Source: a virus (taxonomy: Duplodnaviria; Caudoviricetes). Taken from it: a stretch of 64,000 nt of DNA. Below, piece after piece: positions 55,380 through 64,000 of this stretch. The position numbers were made by a program, and so were the translations under genes. Under the pieces are notes generated by a model. It was not told the DNA's origin, made no database searches, and was given only the letters and a program-made list of their open reading frames with translations. The stretch's first letter is position 1; each line of letters starts with the position of its first letter. The stretch is from positions 32,001 to 96,000 of IMG/VR virus record IMGVR_UViG_3300010167_000010, one strand, 5' to 3'.

Positions 55380-56552
55380 ATGTATATAGATAATGAAATA
55401 AAAATTTGTTTTAGTGATGTACTTATAAAACCAAAAAGATCTACTCTTTCAAGTAGAAAAGATGTTACTTTAGAAAGAACTTTTTTAACTAAAAATCAAA
55501 ATAGTATATCTGGTATTCCTATTATTGCTGCAAATATGTCTACAGGTAATTTTAATATGGCAAATATATTTATTAAAAATAATATGTTTGTAGCTATTGC
55601 AAAACATTATAATAATAAATGGATGGAAATTTGTAATGATACTATACAAGATGATGTAAATGATAATGATTTATTAAAATATATTGGGAATTGTTTTTAT
55701 ACTATCGGAATGTGTGAAGAAGAAGTAGATCAATTAAAATTATTTTATAATAGTGTTCGAGTAAAAGGCTTTAATCCTGATAATATTAAAATTTGTATAG
55801 ATATTGCTAATGGATATTCTCAAAAATTTGCAGACTTTGTAAATTTTGTTAGAATACATTTCCCAAATAATATTATAATGGCTGGTAATGTTTGTACTCC
55901 AGAAATGACTCAAGAACTTATTTTAGCTGGAGCAGATATAATTAAAATTGGAATTGGTCCAGGAAGTGCTTGTACTACTAGATTAAAAACTGGAGTAGGA
56001 TATCCACAATTAAGTGCTTGCATAGAAAATGCTGATGTTGCTCACGGTTTAGATGCTCTTATTTGTTTAGATGGTGGGATAACGTGTCCGGGTGATGTTG
56101 CTAAAGCGTTTGGAGCAAACTCAGATTTTGTTATGATTGGTGGTATGTTTGCTGGTACAGATGAATGTGACGGAGATATTATAACTAAATATGAGCATGA
56201 CGGTACTTTTAACAGAATAGGTATTCCAATTCATGTAGATGGAATGTCAGTACAATTACCACCGCAAAGACATATGTTTCATTATGAACCAAATATTATA
56301 GAAAAAAAATATAAAATTTGGTACGGAATGAGTTCAGATATTGCACCTGGAAATAAAGGAAAAGAAAAAAAATACAGAACTTCAGAAGGAAGAATTGAAG
56401 AAATTCTTTTAAAAGGTCCTGTTCAAAATATAATTGACGATATTTTAGGGGGATTAAGATCGGCTTGTACTTATGTCGGTGCAAGCCAACTTAAGAACAT
56501 GGGAAAGTGTACTCCTTTTGTAAAAGTTGGACGTCAACACAACAAGTTCTAA
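55380..56552 (+). CDS. guaC: GMP reductase
   Basis: DVLIKPKRSTLSSR, DIANGYS, GIGPGSACTTR, GVGYPQLSA, SEG, GGLRSACTYVGA. Confidence 0.95.
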   Translation: MYIDNEIKICFSDVLIKPKRSTLSSRKDVTLERTFLTKNQNSISGIPIIAANMSTGNFNMANIFIKNNMFVAIAKHYNNKWMEICNDTIQDDVNDNDLLKYIGNCFYTIGMCEEEVDQLKLFYNSVRVKGFNPDNIKICIDIANGYSQKFADFVNFVRIHFPNNIIMAGNVCTPEMTQELILAGADIIKIGIGPGSACTTRLKTGVGYPQLSACIENADVAHGLDALICLDGGITCPGDVAKAFGANSDFVMIGGMFAGTDECDGDIITKYEHDGTFNRIGIPIHVDGMSVQLPPQRHMFHYEPNIIEKKYKIWYGMSSDIAPGNKGKEKKYRTSEGRIEEILLKGPVQNIIDDILGGLRSACTYVGASQLKNMGKCTPFVKVGRQHNKF

Positions 56553-56606
56553 ATCAAACTTAGAACAGTCTACTAATTATTTTTATGGAGGAGCTTAAAT
56601 TTATTT

Positions 56607-58403
56607 ATGGCAGATAATGGAGATTTTGGTCCCGTTACTATAGATCCTATTTTAATTACTGATTCTTATTTAGAAAAACAAGATTGGAGAATTAAGGAAA
56701 ATAGTACATCAAACTATTCGGTTGGAGGGTTGATTTTACATCAATCTGGTACAATATCAGCAAACTATTGGTTGAATAAAGTTTATTCTACTGATGTTAA
56801 AATGGCACACCAATCGTGTGATTTTCATATACACGATTTACAACTTCTTGCGGCCTATTGTGCAGGTTGGTCAATAGCTACTGTTTTAGAAGAGGGTTTA
56901 GGAAAAGTTAGAGGAAAAATTGATAGTGGTCCTCCTAAACATTTAAATACAGCTGTGCAGCAATTAGTTAATTTTTTAGGTATTTTACAAAACGAATGGA
57001 ATGGGGCTCAAGCATTTAATGGCTTCGATACTTATTTAGCACCCTTTATACGTAAAGATAATATGTCTTATGAAGAAGTTAAACAATGTATGCAATTTTT
57101 CTGTTTCAGTATAAATACTCCGTCTAGATGGGGGAGTCAATCACCATTTAGTAATATAACTTTAGATTTAACAGTACCTGCCGACTTAAAAGATAAACAT
57201 CCTATTATAGGTGGACGTAAACAGCAATTTACTTATGGTGAACTTCAAAATGAAATGAACTTAATAAATAAAGCTTTTTTTGATGTATTTGAAACAGGAG
57301 ATTATTCTGGAAATATATTTCAATACCCAATCCCAACATTGAATTGTACACCAGATTTTTTTGAAAAATTAGATCCAGAGATAGAAGAAAGAATATATCG
57401 ACTTACTTGTAAATTTGGTAGCTTTTATTTTAGTAATTTTGTAAATACAGATATGAAACCAGAAGACGCGCGATCAATGTGCTGTCGTTTGAGATTAGAT
57501 CTTCGTGAATTAACGAGAAAGAATGGTTCATTATTTGGTGCTGGAGATAATACTGGAAGCATCGGTGTAGTGACGCTTAATTTACCAAAAATTGGATATC
57601 TTTCTAAAACTAGAGAAGAATTATTTGAAAGAATTGAAGCCTTAATGGTTATAGCAAAAAAGAGTTTAGAACAAAAACGAAATAGATTAAATGATTGGTT
57701 TGATAGAGGGATATTTCCTTATACTAAACGATACTTAAAAGCAAAATATGAAAATCATTTTAGCACAATTGGTTTAGTTGGAATGAATGAATTATGTAGA
57801 AATTATTTCCGAAATATTAAGAAGAAAGATTGGGATATTTCTACTAAAGAAGGGAAACAACTAGCAATAGATATTTTAAATTTTATGCGTACTAAATGTT
57901 CAGATTTTCAAGTAGAAACTGGTCATCTTTATAATTTAGAATCTACACCGGCTGAATCTACTTCTTATCGATTAGCTAAACATGATAAAAAGAAATATCA
58001 AGATATAATAACAGCTGGAACTATTCAACGACCATATTATACTAATTCATCAAATCTTCCAGTAAACTTTTCTGATAATCCTTGGGACGCTATTATGCAT
58101 CAACAAGATATTCAACCATTATATACTGGAGGTACTACATTCCATACTTATTTGGGCGAGGGTCTAGATGATTGGCAAAAAATTAGAGATTTTATTAAAA
58201 AAGTAATGTTTAATACTAAATTACCATACATAACTATTACACCAACTTTTAGTCATTGTATAAATCATGGATTTATAAAAGGGAACACTAATGGAGTATG
58301 TCCAAAGTGTAAAGAAGAAGTAGTAAGTAACTATAGAGAAAAACTTACTGAACTTGAAAATAAGAAAAAAGCTATTTTGGAAGAAATCGGCGGTGAAAAA
58401 TAA
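56607..58403 (+). CDS. nrdD: Anaerobic (class III) ribonucleotide reductase, catalytic part lacking ATP cone and glycyl domain
   Basis: HIHDL, AYCAGW, SMCCRL, GSIGVVT.N, E.TPAES, YTGGT, C..HG..CPKC. Confidence 0.93.
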   Translation: MADNGDFGPVTIDPILITDSYLEKQDWRIKENSTSNYSVGGLILHQSGTISANYWLNKVYSTDVKMAHQSCDFHIHDLQLLAAYCAGWSIATVLEEGLGKVRGKIDSGPPKHLNTAVQQLVNFLGILQNEWNGAQAFNGFDTYLAPFIRKDNMSYEEVKQCMQFFCFSINTPSRWGSQSPFSNITLDLTVPADLKDKHPIIGGRKQQFTYGELQNEMNLINKAFFDVFETGDYSGNIFQYPIPTLNCTPDFFEKLDPEIEERIYRLTCKFGSFYFSNFVNTDMKPEDARSMCCRLRLDLRELTRKNGSLFGAGDNTGSIGVVTLNLPKIGYLSKTREELFERIEALMVIAKKSLEQKRNRLNDWFDRGIFPYTKRYLKAKYENHFSTIGLVGMNELCRNYFRNIKKKDWDISTKEGKQLAIDILNFMRTKCSDFQVETGHLYNLESTPAESTSYRLAKHDKKKYQDIITAGTIQRPYYTNSSNLPVNFSDNPWDAIMHQQDIQPLYTGGTTFHTYLGEGLDDWQKIRDFIKKVMFNTKLPYITITPTFSHCINHGFIKGNTNGVCPKCKEEVVSNYREKLTELENKKKAILEEIGGEK

Positions 58404-58680
58404 TTTTGTTTCACTTACTAGTCTATTTGATTTAGACGATGACCAAAGTTTCGAAGATGATTTTGGAGATTTAGATATGAGATATATGACTAACAGGCAA
58501 TCGCAACAACAAGTACCAAAAACAGCTGATCAATTATTAAGAGAAGCAATTGAAACTAATGGGATGTTATTAAGAGAAATTAATCAATTAAAAAATGAAA
58601 TGAAAATTATAAAAGATAGAATGTGGATTTTATATAAAGAATTTAAAAAATATGGTCATAGTATAGAATTATTTGAATAA
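58354..58680 (+). CDS. Hypothetical coiled-coil protein between the nrdD parts
   Basis: ORF; true start uncertain. Confidence 0.5.
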   Translation: MKIRKKLFWKKSAVKNNFVSLTSLFDLDDDQSFEDDFGDLDMRYMTNRQSQQQVPKTADQLLREAIETNGMLLREINQLKNEMKIIKDRMWILYKEFKKYGHSIELFE

Positions 58681-58709
58681 AGTTACTTACTAATTATAAG
58701 GAGAAATAT

Positions 58710-58895
58710 ATGGATAAAAGAATAGAAAAAATAGACGAACAAATACAACAAATTACAGCTAAACTTAATGACCCACATTTATGTGAAGGAACAGCTGATA
58801 CTTATAGTAGAATATCAGGATATTATAGACCTACAGCAAATTGGAATGAAGGTAAAACAGAAGAATTTGTTCAACGAGTAGAATATTCTTTATAA
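58710..58895 (+). CDS. nrdD: Separate glycyl-radical domain of NrdD
   Basis: YSRISGYYRP..NWN.GK.EEF..R..Y; own RBS AAGGAG. Confidence 0.9.
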   Translation: MDKRIEKIDEQIQQITAKLNDPHLCEGTADTYSRISGYYRPTANWNEGKTEEFVQRVEYSL

Positions 58896-58900
58896 ATTAT

Positions 58901-58927
58901 AAGGTGAACTGAAAAGTTCACCTTTTT
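58901..58927 (+). terminator. Rho-independent terminator
   Basis: AAGGTGAACT-GAAA-AGTTCACCTT plus T tract. Confidence 0.85.
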
Positions 58928-58947
58928 AGTTTTAAAACTAACTAATA

Positions 58948-60330
58948 ATGGAAGATTCTAATCTCACTATCAAACGTGTTTATGACCAATATGACCATAA
59001 AGATTATAATTATGGAACTCTTGACTCTACAAATTTAAATCCAAAACGAGAAATTAAATTTGATCGTTTAGATAAAGTAGCTGCAAGATTACAAGAAATA
59101 ACAGATGATATAATCCGAAAAAGAATTGCACCACCAAGAGAAGTAGAAGAAGTAATAAAAGGAGCAATTGGTAGAGAATCTTTTCCTCAAGGAATTCCTT
59201 TTAAGAAACAACAAGCTTTAGCTCAAACAGGTGGTGTTGGTAATGCTTTATTATTTCCAATAATTGCAACTGGATTAGAAGTAGACGCATTAGATAGATT
59301 ATTAGAAGTAATGGTTGGAACATACCCAATACCTGAATTATTATGGGAATTTGATAAACCAATTCAATTAGATTGTGAACTCATATTAAAAAAATTCGAT
59401 GTAGAAGATGCAGAAGATTTTGAAGAATGGGATGAAGTATCAGATAGAAGAAGTAGTTCAGATTCTATATCTGCGGAAGATACTAGTGACGATTCAGATG
59501 ATGGTGGTGATTCAGATGATGACAATAATGAAGATGATGACGATGAGGACGAGGACGAGGCAGCTAGAACTGCAAAAGAATGCGCAGAAATAGAACTAAC
59601 TTGGTTAAAAATACTTTTAATCATAATCAAAATAATAAAAATATTAAAAATGATTATAGATTTAATTTTATCTTTAATAATTCCAATTTTAGAAATTTTG
59701 CAATTGGCAATTGGTGCGTGGCTTAATCCTCCTAATATTGCTCTTATTGTTCAACTTATCATAAAATTAGTTACAGCTATTATTGTAATGTTGATAACCC
59801 TTCTAATTCAACTTATTTGGAATTTATTAAATTTAGATTGTGTCGCAGATCAATTAGCTTCTATTATGGATCAAATTAGAAAAGCTTTATCAGCTTTTTC
59901 TTCTATAATGAATGCATTTGATGCTAATGCAGTAAATATGTTTGCAAATAGAATTAAAGTAGAAATAACTAATCCTCTAGATGAAATTATAGATCAAGCA
60001 ATGCAGAAAAAAGAACTCTGGGCTAATTTAAGAGATGAAATGAAAGCTTCTTTTGAAGGAATGACTATTGAAGGATTAAAAAACGATTTAATAAATGGTG
60101 TGCTTCAAGGAGTAATGGAAATACCTGAAGTTGGAGAAGTAGGAGCACTATATGCACAAGGAGCAGATATAATGAATAATTCTTTAAGGGAAGCTAAAGA
60201 ATCTATGAAAAATGCAGCGGAAGGATTTAGGGCAATGCAAGCTATGTTTAGTAAAATGCCAAAAGGAAATGATCCAATAGCTGCTGCAATGAGTCATCCT
60301 TCTATTGAGAATATGAGTAAGGGGAGTTAA
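58948..60330 (+). CDS. Hypothetical (probable virion/membrane) protein
   Basis: Asp-rich tract followed by a long Ile/Leu amphipathic segment. Confidence 0.6.
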   Translation: MEDSNLTIKRVYDQYDHKDYNYGTLDSTNLNPKREIKFDRLDKVAARLQEITDDIIRKRIAPPREVEEVIKGAIGRESFPQGIPFKKQQALAQTGGVGNALLFPIIATGLEVDALDRLLEVMVGTYPIPELLWEFDKPIQLDCELILKKFDVEDAEDFEEWDEVSDRRSSSDSISAEDTSDDSDDGGDSDDDNNEDDDDEDEDEAARTAKECAEIELTWLKILLIIIKIIKILKMIIDLILSLIIPILEILQLAIGAWLNPPNIALIVQLIIKLVTAIIVMLITLLIQLIWNLLNLDCVADQLASIMDQIRKALSAFSSIMNAFDANAVNMFANRIKVEITNPLDEIIDQAMQKKELWANLRDEMKASFEGMTIEGLKNDLINGVLQGVMEIPEVGEVGALYAQGADIMNNSLREAKESMKNAAEGFRAMQAMFSKMPKGNDPIAAAMSHPSIENMSKGS

Positions 60331-63300
60331 ATGCAATATAATGCTAGAGAATTTTTAACATCTGAATCTTATTCGTCTCCAGAAAATTATTCTAACTTAA
60401 GAGAAAGATATGACATATATACAAAATTTTCCAGAGCTCAATTTTTCTTAGCAAATCCTAGACAAAGAGGATTAGAAAATTTAAACTTTATAAATATATT
60501 AGAAAGTAAAAAAGTAGATGAAGAAGGTCGTATAGTTTCTATTCAACAAAAAATGGATGAAGATTTACAAAATGCTATTGAAGGTACTTTTAATGATGAT
60601 TTAACTGAAGAAGCAAATGAAATATTAGAAAAAATTGATAACGAAGCTAAAATAAAATTTTTACAATTATATTTTGATTCTTATATGGCGCCGAAAATGT
60701 CAGACATCCAATGGAGATTAGGTGCAGTAGTTAGGACAATGTTAGAAACTGATAGTACTGATGATTTAGGTCTTTTAATAAATGGCCAAATGTATACTAG
60801 ATCAAATTTTGCTATTCCTTTTTATAGAAGATTTTGGGGCGGGAATGATGTTTTAGATAAAAAAGAATTTTTTACATCAATGTATTTTCCGCCTTTTAAA
60901 GTTGGTCATGAAACTAAAATAGAGGAACGAACAACCTTTATGAAAGATATTAGAAAAGTTAATCCTAATGCAACTTTTGATCAAGATAATTTTCTAATAA
61001 AAAGAGAAGGTTTTTCTTTTAGAGAACCGGGTTTTAAAGGAATAAATGATTATATAACTTTTTTACAATGGTTAGCAGAAGGAACAACTGGAATAGTTTC
61101 TACGTTTTTAACTGAATGGGATTTATCTGTTTATATGCAAGAAAACTTATTGACAGCTGTTGAGAATGGCGGGCCAATGAAATTATTCTTAAATTATAGA
61201 GTTAGACATGATAACCCATTATCAAATGCAGAAGGAAAATATACTAATGATAGAGCTCTTGTATTTAACGTAGCTGCTTCCGCTGTATCTAAAATAGATT
61301 TCGATTGTCAAAAATTATGGAGACCTTCTGACCATCCATTATCAGCATTTTGGATGCCTTATGTCAAAGATAGAGATTGGCATATGAATAATTTTAAAGT
61401 AGAGAACGATGAATATGATATAGAAATTCCTTATATGGATATTTATGACAATACTAAAGCTGATTTTCCTTATGAAGCAAAATCTATGAGAGAAATCATG
61501 CGACAACAAGATTACATTGGTTCTATATTAGGAACGTTTCCTAATTTTAATTTAAAATATTTCCAAGCATTTTATTATACTGACAATGATTCTTTAACTG
61601 ATTTTGAAATAAAAGTACAAAGCTGGTTAAAGAGAGTAGCTGGTGCAGAACCAGGGGCAGCAGCACAAATGAAAAGAGGCTTAAATGATTTTATAGAAAA
61701 AGCTAGAGAAGAAATGCTTATAAATGGTGGTTATTGGGGATCACCAACTCCTCCAGGTTTATCAGGTGGTTATATGGGCCGCATGATGATGAAAGATGCT
61801 ATCGGTGGAGGTGGTGGAGGTCAAATGACTGGTGGTAAAATGAGAAGTGCTGCTAGTTCTGGAGCTGATAATGCATTAGAAGATCAAGAATTAAATCAAA
61901 TTGGTAATAATGATGTTGCAAAAGATTTTATGAATTCTGGATTAAGTAATAAAGCAGATGCATCAACTATGGCTAGACATATTGGAATAAATAGATTTAG
62001 TCCAGCATTATTTGGTGGTCCTCATGGTTCAGATTTTAGTCCAAATACTATTCAAGGTTATTTTCAAACAGATAGTAAAATTATGAGAAATATTCCTCGA
62101 TTATCTCCTAATAATTCTAATTATTTTCAATCAGAAGATATTGAAGATAAATTTACTGATTTAAATCAATTTTATGATGATGGTACTCGTCTCGGGGCTT
62201 CACCTAATACATCATTAGAAAAATTAACTAATGGTATTTTAAATTATACGATAGAATATGGTTTTTATCGAGCTAGAAGATCTACTTGGATTGAAGGTCA
62301 AATACAATTTAATCCGGCCACTAATCAATTTAATACTTATATATTCCCAACTAGAACACCTCAAGGTGAACAAATAACTTATTCTGGAAATTATAGATTT
62401 GCAACAAAAGTAATAACAAGAACAACTAATCCTTGGACAGCTAGAAATTGGTGGTATAATTATACTGCTTACATGAATATATTTAATGTTTCATATTTTT
62501 ATAGAAGAGGTTGGAGATTTTTCTTTGTAACTATTGTCAATTTAGTTTATAGAATAGGAACATATTATTTTACTGGAATAAATCCATTTAGAAAAGTTTT
62601 ATTTCATAGTATGCCAGATACTCCATGGACAATTACACATCATAGTTTTGAAAATTTTGATAATAATAATGCTCCTGGTAGCCCGTTTTGGAATTGGGTC
62701 AGAACAATTGCACCCACTTATGGTGTAAAAAATAATAAAGAATTTACTGATCGTATACGACATAAAAATGCTTTTATATTAAAGTTTTATGGTAATGAAG
62801 CTAAAGAAAAAGAATTTATGAATTATATGATTGGAATAAATCAGGGCCAAAATGCTTCAATTCCAGTTATATTTTGTGAAGGAAATGAAAATAATAGATT
62901 TACCCAAGGACCTGAAAGTATTTTTAAAGCCAATTGTACTGTTAGATCTTTTAGAAATGTTATACAAAACTTTATGATATTAAAATTATTATTTATTAGA
63001 ATAAGAATCAGATTACCTAATAAATTTGCTCATGTTCCTTATATAAGTGTAGATATGGCTTCTTGTGATTTTTTTGAAGATAGATTACAAGATGTACTTG
63101 TTACTAATAGATTTCATACCGGGCAAGATTTTCCAATGCATTTAAAATCTATAGCTATGGGTCAACGCGCTTCTTTTTATAGAGATCATCCAATACAAAA
63201 ATTTGCTAATAGATATTTTGATACAACTGTTTCATTTAAAGTTCAAAACGAAACTTCGATGAATATGTTAGGCTTATTAGTGGGTGCAATGTTGGGCGGA

Positions 63301-64000
63301 TTTGTTTTAATGTTTGCAGCTCTACTTTTAGCATTTAGGAATAGATCGGCAGCAGCTAGTAATGATATAAATTGGATATCAAGTGGACGAATGGGTTTAA
63401 GCGGTATTGGTATTTTATCTTCTGTTCAAGGAATAAACCCCAGTACTACAAATTTAGTTGCATCAGGAATAAACTATAATTTTAGAGATTATTTAGCAAT
63501 GCCAACCTTTGCTAGAGATGTTCCATTAGCTAATTTACCGTTTAAAACATTTACGTTTAGAGGACATTCATCTGGTGTTAGAGAAAATGATATTATGATT
63601 AGATGGTGGTCTAGAGGTGGAATGCCATCTTATATTGCTAGAGATATGGACGATGGTCTTAAAAAAGCTTTAGTTAAAATATATACTCGAGCTAAATTTT
63701 TTCCAGCTACTCGACAATCACAGCCAGCGGCATTTATTGGTATAGATATACCAATAAGAAATTTTTTATCTATAGTTTTAACTCAAGTATCTTTTTATAA
63801 TTTTGCTAAAGATTGTATTATTGATAGTATAGACTTTGAAACTTTATATAATTCTTTATTTAATTGTGTAGATAAAGCTGTAATAAAAGCTTGTGGAATG
63901 AAAGCAGATGGAACTAGAATAGATCCAGATAAATCTCATGTATTATATAATTTCTGGATAGATAAGGCTATACAATTATTTGGTAGAAAATCCCAATTTA
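60331..64000 (+). CDS. Very large ORF, 3'-truncated (over 1200 aa), probable virion protein
   Basis: ATG 60331 after GGGGAG; appears open to the window end; absent from the ORF track because it has no stop. Confidence 0.7.
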   Translation, partial: MQYNAREFLTSESYSSPENYSNLRERYDIYTKFSRAQFFLANPRQRGLENLNFINILESKKVDEEGRIVSIQQKMDEDLQNAIEGTFNDDLTEEANEILEKIDNEAKIKFLQLYFDSYMAPKMSDIQWRLGAVVRTMLETDSTDDLGLLINGQMYTRSNFAIPFYRRFWGGNDVLDKKEFFTSMYFPPFKVGHETKIEERTTFMKDIRKVNPNATFDQDNFLIKREGFSFREPGFKGINDYITFLQWLAEGTTGIVSTFLTEWDLSVYMQENLLTAVENGGPMKLFLNYRVRHDNPLSNAEGKYTNDRALVFNVAASAVSKIDFDCQKLWRPSDHPLSAFWMPYVKDRDWHMNNFKVENDEYDIEIPYMDIYDNTKADFPYEAKSMREIMRQQDYIGSILGTFPNFNLKYFQAFYYTDNDSLTDFEIKVQSWLKRVAGAEPGAAAQMKRGLNDFIEKAREEMLINGGYWGSPTPPGLSGGYMGRMMMKDAIGGGGGGQMTGGKMRSAASSGADNALEDQELNQIGNNDVAKDFMNSGLSNKADASTMARHIGINRFSPALFGGPHGSDFSPNTIQGYFQTDSKIMRNIPRLSPNNSNYFQSEDIEDKFTDLNQFYDDGTRLGASPNTSLEKLTNGILNYTIEYGFYRARRSTWIEGQIQFNPATNQFNTYIFPTRTPQGEQITYSGNYRFATKVITRTTNPWTARNWWYNYTAYMNIFNVSYFYRRGWRFFFVTIVNLVYRIGTYYFTGINPFRKVLFHSMPDTPWTITHHSFENFDNNNAPGSPFWNWVRTIAPTYGVKNNKEFTDRIRHKNAFILKFYGNEAKEKEFMNYMIGINQGQNASIPVIFCEGNENNRFTQGPESIFKANCTVRSFRNVIQNFMILKLLFIRIRIRLPNKFAHVPYISVDMASCDFFEDRLQDVLVTNRFHTGQDFPMHLKSIAMGQRASFYRDHPIQKFANRYFDTTVSFKVQNETSMNMLGLLVGAMLGGFVLMFAALLLAFRNRSAAASNDINWISSGRMGLSGIGILSSVQGINPSTTNLVASGINYNFRDYLAMPTFARDVPLANLPFKTFTFRGHSSGVRENDIMIRWWSRGGMPSYIARDMDDGLKKALVKIYTRAKFFPATRQSQPAAFIGIDIPIRNFLSIVLTQVSFYNFAKDCIIDSIDFETLYNSLFNCVDKAVIKACGMKADGTRIDPDKSHVLYNFWIDKAIQLFGRKSQF

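Noticed and set aside
58404-58709. Group I intron or intein splitting nrdD
   Set aside because: No recognisable intron core or intein motifs; the downstream part has its own RBS, start codon and extra N-terminal helix
59480-59560. GAT/GAC-rich tandem repeat
   Set aside because: Simply encodes the Asp/Glu-rich tract of the ORF
1-64000. Alternative genetic code
   Set aside because: Long conserved genes read intact in the standard code and end in TAA, TAG or TGA; no suppressor tRNA seen

Overview
AT-rich segment of a large lytic myovirus-type (jumbo) phage genome, most plausibly infecting an anaerobic spirochete. Host inference rests on Treponema-type FliG/FliM, tRNA-Arg(GCG)+(UCG), hemerythrin and class III RNR. 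Layout: (1) 1-10.2 kb: a tRNA/ncRNA island with about 16 tRNAs lacking encoded CCA, several aberrant tRNA-like elements and pseudoknot/kissing-loop RNAs. It also carries a phage copy of the flagellar switch (fliG plus a fliM-fliN fusion) and a stand-alone AlaRS fragment. (2) 10.7-12.9 kb: a DUF2828/TROVE-vWA (Ro60-like) gene followed by a tandem array of five stem-closed RNAs sharing a CWGCAA motif, some displaying tRNA anticodon-loop or T-arm mimics. (3) 13-25 kb: tail-tube-like, gp25-like, prohead protease/scaffold and putative internal head protein genes. (4) 25.5-33 kb: CCA-adding enzyme and a complete deamidating NAD salvage route (NadM-Nudix, PncA, PncB, NadE). (5) 34.8-52 kb: helicase and a cytosine hypermodification-type cluster (dCMP-type thymidylate-synthase homolog, two dNMP kinases, epimerase, SIS isomerase, mutase-like flavoprotein, two TAGT-like glycosyltransferases, FkbM and C5 methyltransferases). 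(6) 55-64 kb: GuaC, a split NrdD and a very large truncated ORF. Three recurring promoter motif classes are visible. All calls come from reading motifs and base pairing by eye; no searches or folding programs were run.
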